The translations under genes and the position numbers were made by a program. From positions 154,790 through 218,789 of the forward strand of contig CAVRFU010000013.1 of assembly GCA_963720495.1 (NCBI GenBank): 64,000 nucleotides of DNA. The letters run 5' to 3'. This document shows, one piece after another, positions 58,671-64,000 of the stretch (its first letter is position 1; each line of letters opens with the position of its first letter). The notes beneath the pieces were generated by a model, which worked only from the letters and a program-made list of their open reading frames with translations, was not told the DNA's origin and did not search any database. The DNA is from an uncultured Chloroflexia bacterium (GTDB lineage Bacteria; Chloroflexota; Limnocylindria; Limnocylindrales; CSP1-4).

Positions 58671-59765
58671 ATGGCACTCCCCTTCGATCCCCCGCTCGAA
58701 CCCATGCTCGCCAAGGCGTCCGACGGGCTGCCGACCGACGACGGCTGGCTCTTCGAGCCCAAGTGGGACGGCTTCCGGGCGCTCGTCTTCCGCGATGGCG
58801 ACACGGTCTACACGCAGTCGCGCGACCTCAAGCCGCTCGATCGGTACTTCCCGGAGCTGGCCGATCCGCTCCGAGCGGCCCTGCCCGATCGGTGCGTCCT
58901 CGACGGCGAGGTCGTCATCGCCGGCGACGACGGGCTCGACTTCGAAGCGCTGCTGCTGCGGATCCATCCCGCGGCGTCGCGGGTCAAGATGCTCGCCGCC
59001 GAATCACCCGCGTCGTTCGTCGCCTGGGACCTCCTCGCACTCGGCGACGAGGACCTCCGGGCGGTGCCGCAGGGCGAGCGGCGGGCACGCCTCGAGGCCG
59101 TCCTCGGTGGCGTCGAGGCACCCATCCACCTGACCCCCGCGACGCGCGACCGAGCGACCGCCGGGGAGTGGTTCGAGAAGTTCGAGGGCGCAGGGCTCGA
59201 TGGCGTCGTCGCCAAGCGGCTCGACGCGCCCTACCAGCCCGGCAAGCGGGCGATGCTCAAGATCAAGCACCAGCGGACGGCCGACTGCGTGGTCGCCGGG
59301 TTCCGGTGGCACAAGAACGGCCCCGGCACCCATATCGGCTCGCTGATGCTCGGGCTGTTCGATGGCGACGGCCGGCTGAACCACGTGGGCATCACCTCGT
59401 CGTTCACCTGGGACCGTCGCGCCGAGCTGGCCGAGGAGCTGGCTCCCCTGCGCGAGAACGCGTTCGAGGGCCACCCCTGGCGCGAGTGGGCGGAGTGGGC
59501 CGGGATGGGCGACGCCGACGCGTCCGGCCAGCGACTGCCGGGCGCGACCTCACGCTGGAACCGCGGCAAGGACCTGTCGTGGGAGCCGCTGCGACCGGAG
59601 CGCGTGGCCGAGGTGGCGTACGACCACCTCCAGGGCAGCCGCTTCCGCCACGGCACGACGTTCAAGCGCTGGCGACCGGACAAGCCGCCCGAAGCGTGCC
59701 GCTACGACCAGCTCGAGGAGACCGTGCCCTACCTGCTCGAGAGCATCTTCGGCAGCGAGGGCTGA
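58671..59765 (+). CDS. ligC: ATP-dependent DNA ligase, LigC type (adenylation + OB domains only)
   Basis: Motif I FEPKWDGFRAL, motif III LDGEVV, FVAWDLL, motif IV GLDGVVAK, motif V AMLKIK. OB-fold tail. Confidence 0.9.
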   Translation: MALPFDPPLEPMLAKASDGLPTDDGWLFEPKWDGFRALVFRDGDTVYTQSRDLKPLDRYFPELADPLRAALPDRCVLDGEVVIAGDDGLDFEALLLRIHPAASRVKMLAAESPASFVAWDLLALGDEDLRAVPQGERRARLEAVLGGVEAPIHLTPATRDRATAGEWFEKFEGAGLDGVVAKRLDAPYQPGKRAMLKIKHQRTADCVVAGFRWHKNGPGTHIGSLMLGLFDGDGRLNHVGITSSFTWDRRAELAEELAPLRENAFEGHPWREWAEWAGMGDADASGQRLPGATSRWNRGKDLSWEPLRPERVAEVAYDHLQGSRFRHGTTFKRWRPDKPPEACRYDQLEETVPYLLESIFGSEG

Positions 59766-60740
59766 GTGACGGTCCGGGTCGGGCTCGTCGGCGGAGGCTG
59801 GATCAGCCGGTACCACCTCGAGGCGCTCGAGCGGCTCGGCCGGACCGAGCTGGTCGGGGTCGTCGCGGGGCGACGCACGACCTCCGACGCGGTCGCCGGG
59901 CGGTGGGGTGGACGCGCGTACGACGACGTCGACGCGATGGTGGCCGGCGAACGACCCGACGCGGTGTGGGTGGCCGTGCCGCCGCACCGGTCCGTGGCGA
60001 TCGGCGAACGCCTGGTCGCGGCCCGCGTGCCGTTCCTGACCGAGAAGCCGCTGGCCGCCGCCGACGCGGACGGCCCGGCCAGGCTGGCGGACGCGATCGC
60101 CGCGGCGGGCCTGGTGGTCGGTGTCGGCTACCACCTGAGGGCACTCGACATCATGGCCGAGGTTCGCCGCCGGCTGGCGTCCGCGCCGGCGCAGCTGGTC
60201 GTCGCCCGCTGGCTGGATTCGACGCCCGGGCCGGCGTGGTGGGGCCGCGTGGACGAAGGCGGCGGCCAGGTGATCGAGCAGGCGACCCACCTCTACGACC
60301 TCGCGCGATGGCTCGTCGGGGAGGCGGTCGTCGTCGGAGCGGCGTCGACGCGCGACCCCGCTGCCTCGCCGCCGACGGTGGACGTCGCCGACAGCAGCGC
60401 GGCGGTCCTGCGCTTCGCCAACGGGGCGATCGGGTCGTTCGCGAACACGCGGCGGCTGGCCACGGCCGTCATCGAGGTCGAGCTCATCTCGGACGGCCTC
60501 CTCACGCGATTGACCAAGCGACCGGAGCGCGGCCAGGGTGACTGGCACGCCTCGTTCGATGACGGCACGGCGATCCACGCGATCGCGGCGGAAACCGATC
60601 CCTACGAGCTCCAGGCCGCCGCGTTCCTCGATGCGGTCGAGGCCGACGATCCGAGCGCCGTCCTGAGCACGTACGCCGACGCGCTCCAGACGGACCGGCT
60701 CACGCGCGCGGTCGTTGCGGCGACGGGGCGCCCGGGCTGA
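59766..60740 (+). CDS. Gfo/Idh/MocA family oxidoreductase
   Basis: VGLVGGGWISRYH Rossmann N-terminus, PFLTEKPLA. GTG start directly after the ligC stop. Confidence 0.85.
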   Translation: MTVRVGLVGGGWISRYHLEALERLGRTELVGVVAGRRTTSDAVAGRWGGRAYDDVDAMVAGERPDAVWVAVPPHRSVAIGERLVAARVPFLTEKPLAAADADGPARLADAIAAAGLVVGVGYHLRALDIMAEVRRRLASAPAQLVVARWLDSTPGPAWWGRVDEGGGQVIEQATHLYDLARWLVGEAVVVGAASTRDPAASPPTVDVADSSAAVLRFANGAIGSFANTRRLATAVIEVELISDGLLTRLTKRPERGQGDWHASFDDGTAIHAIAAETDPYELQAAAFLDAVEADDPSAVLSTYADALQTDRLTRAVVAATGRPG

Positions 60741-60746
60741 TCGCCG

Positions 60747-61412
60747 TCAGGCGGGTGCGCCCGTCTCAGGGGCTGCCGTCACGAACGTGAACAGGCGGTG
60801 GCCCGGGAGGATCGGCTCGGGGTCCCCGACGAAACGGTGGACTCCGACGCTCCACTCGAAGGCCATCGGTGCGTCGAAGGTGACCGGCTCGAAACCTGCG
60901 GCGGCGAACCATCCGCGGATGTCGATGGTCAGGTCGGGCGGGCGCCGGTGTCGCGTCCAGATGACCGTCGCGTTGCGGGCGCACAGCATCGGCAAGGCGC
61001 GAACGGTCCGCTCGACGTCCTCGTCGCTGATGTTGCCGAAGACACCGCAGACGAGGACCAGATCGGCCGGCACGGCGCCCACGTACGGGTCCGTGGACCC
61101 CGCATCGGCGGACACGACTTCGATCCCGGGCGGGGCATTCGCAGCGGCCGTCGCTGCCAGCTCGTGGTCGAGCTCCACCAAGCGACCGTGAACATCTCCC
61201 GCACGTGGATGGTCGACGAGCGCCCCAAGGAGATCGCGACCCTCCCCGGCACACGCACTGATGACCCTGATCGGGCCGGGCGGGCGGTCGAGCAGTGCTT
61301 CGCGGATCCGCCCCTGGACCGCTCGCAGCCGATGGTGGAGGGGCGTGTCCTCGTCGTAGGCCGCATGCCAGGCGACCCAGTCCTTGCCGGCGCCGGTGTC
61401 CAGGTTCGTCAC
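60747..61412 (-). CDS. SAM-dependent methyltransferase-like protein
   Basis: GTGA overlap with the stop of the primase-polymerase gene. IRVISACAGEGRDLLGAL, DLVLVCGVFGNISDED. Confidence 0.7.
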   Translation of the reverse strand: MTNLDTGAGKDWVAWHAAYDEDTPLHHRLRAVQGRIREALLDRPPGPIRVISACAGEGRDLLGALVDHPRAGDVHGRLVELDHELAATAAANAPPGIEVVSADAGSTDPYVGAVPADLVLVCGVFGNISDEDVERTVRALPMLCARNATVIWTRHRRPPDLTIDIRGWFAAAGFEPVTFDAPMAFEWSVGVHRFVGDPEPILPGHRLFTFVTAAPETGAPA

Positions 61413-62938
61413 GCCGGGCCGTCGGGCTCCGGTTCGGCCTTCGCTGCGGCCTTCGTCCCTGTTTTCGCCTTCGGCTTCGGGGTCGGCCTGCGCGCCCGTG
61501 ATCCGGCGGTGGCTGCCTTCCATGCCTCGATGTCCTGGCCGGCCCACGGGTCGAAGTCGGACTCGAGCGGCTCCTGGCTTGGCCGGTCCGCCTCCGGGAC
61601 GTGGATGAGGTTGACCCGGACGCGATACCAGACGGCGGATCGGCCACGCATCCCGTCGACCAGGATGTCCGCGGGCTCGAGGAAGGGCACGACCTCCGGA
61701 TGGCGGGCCTTCCACGTCTCCAGGCCGGCCAGCGCCTCCTCCTTGAACTCGGCGCGGGAGATCTCGACGACCGGGATCGACGTCTTGCGCCGGCCGGTCG
61801 GCGTCGGCTTCGAGCCGACCCACTCGGTCGGCAGGCCCGCGTTCGGGTCGCCGGCGGCAACGGCGGCCGCTCGTTCGGCGGCGACCTCGGGCGGCGGGCC
61901 GCCTGCCTCGCCGCGGCCGGGCTCGTATTCCGACTTCGGGCGACGTGCCCGCGACGGCTGGACTCGCGGCGGTTCGCCGGCCTGCTTGGCGTAGTTCGGT
62001 GGCCAGGGCGCATCGCCGAGGCCCTCGGCCTCGTCACGCGCGCTCAGCTCCAGCAACGCCTCGAGCGATCCGACCGCTCCGTCGATGCCGTCGCCGGGAT
62101 CGCCGATCGCGGCAAAGCGGGCCGGGACCGTGTCGATCGTGAACGCCTCGGCCTCGACGGTGGGCACCTCGTCCCAGGCGAGCGGGGTCGACACCCGCGC
62201 GTCGGGCAGCGGCCGGACGGAATAGGCGGAGGCGACGGTCCGGTCCTTGGCGTTCTGGTTGTAGTCGAGGAACACCCCGTGGCGCTCCTCCTTCCACCAC
62301 TTGGACGTGGCCGCGTGCGGGACGCGGCGCTCGACGTCCCGGGCGAGGGCCAGCGCCGCCCGGCGGACCTCCGGGAACGTCCAGCGCGGCTCGATCCGGA
62401 CGTTGATGTGGATGCCCCGCGAGCCGGACGTCTTGGGCCAGCCCACGAGCCCGACCGCCTCGAGCGATTCGCGGGCGGCCAGCGCGACCTCCCGGATCTG
62501 CGGCCACGCGATGCCGGGGACCGGGTCGAGGTCCACCCGGAGCTCGTCCGGATGGTCGAGGTCCTCGGCGCGGACCGGGTGCGGATTCAGGTCGATGCAG
62601 CCCAGATTGGCGACCCAGGCGAGACCGGCCGCGTCGTCGATGACCACCTCGTCGGCGGTCCGGCCGGACGGGAAGGTCAGGGTCGCCGTCCGGATGAACT
62701 CGGGCAGGTTCTCCGGCGCACGCTTCTGGAAGAACGGCTGCCCGGCGGCGCCGTCCACGAACCGCTTCAGCGCCATCGGCCGGCCGCCGGCGCCGCGCAG
62801 CGCCCCGGGCGCGACCGCCTGGTAGTACCGGACGAGGTCCAGCTTGGTGTGGCCCGTCTCGGGGAAGTACACCTTCCGCGGGTTCGTGACGGTCACCTCG
62901 TGACCGTTGATCCGGAGGACCTCCTTCTCCGTCGCCAT
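61409..62938 (-). CDS. stand-alone LigD-type primase-polymerase (Prim-Pol) with ~175-aa C-terminal extension
   Basis: VTVTNPRKVYFPETGHTKLDLVRYY, PFFQKR, DELRVDLDP, KTSGSRGIHI, VFLDYNQNAKDRTVASAYSVRP. Then PPNYAKQAGEPPRV and an extra domain. Alternative start at 62950. Confidence 0.85.
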   Translation of the reverse strand: MATEKEVLRINGHEVTVTNPRKVYFPETGHTKLDLVRYYQAVAPGALRGAGGRPMALKRFVDGAAGQPFFQKRAPENLPEFIRTATLTFPSGRTADEVVIDDAAGLAWVANLGCIDLNPHPVRAEDLDHPDELRVDLDPVPGIAWPQIREVALAARESLEAVGLVGWPKTSGSRGIHINVRIEPRWTFPEVRRAALALARDVERRVPHAATSKWWKEERHGVFLDYNQNAKDRTVASAYSVRPLPDARVSTPLAWDEVPTVEAEAFTIDTVPARFAAIGDPGDGIDGAVGSLEALLELSARDEAEGLGDAPWPPNYAKQAGEPPRVQPSRARRPKSEYEPGRGEAGGPPPEVAAERAAAVAAGDPNAGLPTEWVGSKPTPTGRRKTSIPVVEISRAEFKEEALAGLETWKARHPEVVPFLEPADILVDGMRGRSAVWYRVRVNLIHVPEADRPSQEPLESDFDPWAGQDIEAWKAATAGSRARRPTPKPKAKTGTKAAAKAEPEPDGPA

Positions 62939-63083
62939 GGCCGAAACCATACCCGCCTCGACACCGGGGCGCGACCGGACGATGATGCCGATGGCACGTG
63001 TGGTCCCTGTCGAATCGGTGGCGAGCCATTCGTCGTTCCTAGACGGGCGCCGCGGGCGGCCGCAGCCAACGGAGGCCGATCCC

Positions 63084-63474
63084 ATGCAGTACGTCCTGTT
63101 GATCTACACGCCCGAGCCGACCGAGGAGCCCGCCCCGGAGGTGCTGCGCGAGCAGATGGCGTCCTACGACGGCTTCACGCAACACCTGCGGGACCGGGGC
63201 GCGATGCTGGCTGGCGAGGCGCTCGAATTCGACCGCGACGGCCACGACCGTGCGCGTGGTCGACGGCCGGACCATCACCACCGACGGGCCCTTCGCCGAG
63301 ACGAAGGAGACGCTGGGTGGGTTCTACCTCGTGGAGGCGGCCGATCTCGACGAGGCGATCGCCTACGCGGCCATGATCCCCGGCGCGCGGTACGGCTGCA
63401 TCGAGGTCCGGCCCGTCTGGGACTACGCGTCGATCGCGGGTGGCGAGCCGGCCGCCGCCTCGGCCACGAACTGA
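63084..63474 (+). CDS. YCII-related (DGPF) domain protein; one frame break (~63228)
   Basis: GGAGG then ATG 63084. MQYVLLIYTPE...GEALE. Then TTVRVVDGRTITTDGPFAETKETLGGFYLVEA in the second frame. Confidence 0.8.
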
Positions 63475-63504
63475 CGGCTTGACTGCCGCGGCGACCCGCT
63501 GTCG

Positions 63505-64000
63505 TTGACCGGGTCCGAGGCCGCCCACGAGATCGTCGATCGCCTGTTCCGCGAGGAGCAGGGCCGGGCGGTCGCGACGCTCATCCGGGTGACGGGCGAC
63601 TTCGACCTGGCCGAGGAGGCCGTCCAGGACGCGTTCATCCGCGCCCTCGAGACCTGGCCCGAGCGCGGCGTCCCGGACAACCCCGGCGCGTGGATCACCA
63701 CGACGGCTCGCAATCGGGCGATCGACCGGCTTCGCCGGCGGCAGCTGTCGGTCGCGAAGATCGAGGAGCTGGGGCGGGAGACCGCCGTGGAACAGGAGCT
63801 GGCGGCCATCGACCCGACGCCCGCCGAGGATGATGCGATGCCCATCGCGGACGATCGACTGCGGCTGATCTTCACGTGCTGCCACCCGGCGCTCGCGCTG
63901 GAGGCGCGCGTCGCGCTGACGCTGCGCACGCTCGGCGGCCTGACGACGCCGGAGATCGCCCGCGCCTTCCTCGTCCCCGAGCCGACCCTCGCCCAGCGGC
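63505..64000 (+). CDS. ECF-family RNA polymerase sigma factor (YCII-associated type), 3' end outside window
   Basis: LFREEQGRAVATLIRVTGDFDLAEEAVQDAF, GVPDNPGAWITTTARNRAIDRLRR, RLIFTCCHPAL. TTG 63505 or CTG 63499 start. Confidence 0.85.
   Translation, partial: MTGSEAAHEIVDRLFREEQGRAVATLIRVTGDFDLAEEAVQDAFIRALETWPERGVPDNPGAWITTTARNRAIDRLRRRQLSVAKIEELGRETAVEQELAAIDPTPAEDDAMPIADDRLRLIFTCCHPALALEARVALTLRTLGGLTTPEIARAFLVPEPTLAQR

Noticed and set aside
58671-62938. Classical Ku-LigD NHEJ locus
   Set aside because: No Ku gene is present, and there is no LigD-type fusion of ligase, polymerase and phosphoesterase. The ligase is the short LigC type and the polymerase is stand-alone.

Overview
This is a very GC-rich chromosomal segment (third codon positions almost saturated with G/C) that looks Actinomycetota-like. 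It carries about 65 protein genes and one tRNA. I see no transposase, integrase, phage or CRISPR content.

Gene content, left to right:
- Leucine catabolism: crotonase, an HTH-extended carboxylase alpha subunit, HMG-CoA lyase.
- GNAT, HNH endonuclease, cca, an orphan secreted Cys-rich protein, a TPR protein, galE, a heavily disrupted UMF1-type MFS gene.
- A tightly packed, apparently leaderless operon: a catalytically dead ligase-fold protein, an MGS-like glycosyltransferase, tandem USP domains running into GpgS, and glycerate kinase.
- An EndoIII-like glycosylase, and TadE plus TadG-vWA-IPT pseudopilins.
- An OmpR/HK pair with a DUF5666-like repeat protein, a collagen-like protein, GT2, MBL hydrolase, ECF sigma/anti-sigma, PHP phosphatase.
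- kbl-tdh, FAH, DUF3105, lacI-GH13, tRNA-Glu, a BldC-like HTH plus a membrane protein, EamA, a LuxR-type response regulator, an alpha/beta hydrolase, galU.
- A PASTA Ser/Thr kinase, folB-folP-folC, an Ig-like surface protein, an htrA-HK-RR envelope-stress module, L25.
- Methyltransferases, a DUF4153-like membrane protein, LigC, an oxidoreductase, a stand-alone LigD-type primase-polymerase, YCII, and a 3'-truncated ECF sigma.

Two observations cut across the whole window:
1. By manual count, about 25 genes are interrupted by 40 or more single-base frame slips. Where I checked the site, it was often a short G/C (once A/C) run. I therefore report reconstructed gene spans rather than raw ORFs, and I treat most breaks as probable assembly indels.
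2. Many genes carry a TAnnnT box 6-8 nt upstream of the start codon, which suggests leaderless mRNAs.

The best candidate for something new is the glycosyl-glycerate operon at 12.0-17.3 kb. All family assignments come from motif recognition by eye; no searches were run.
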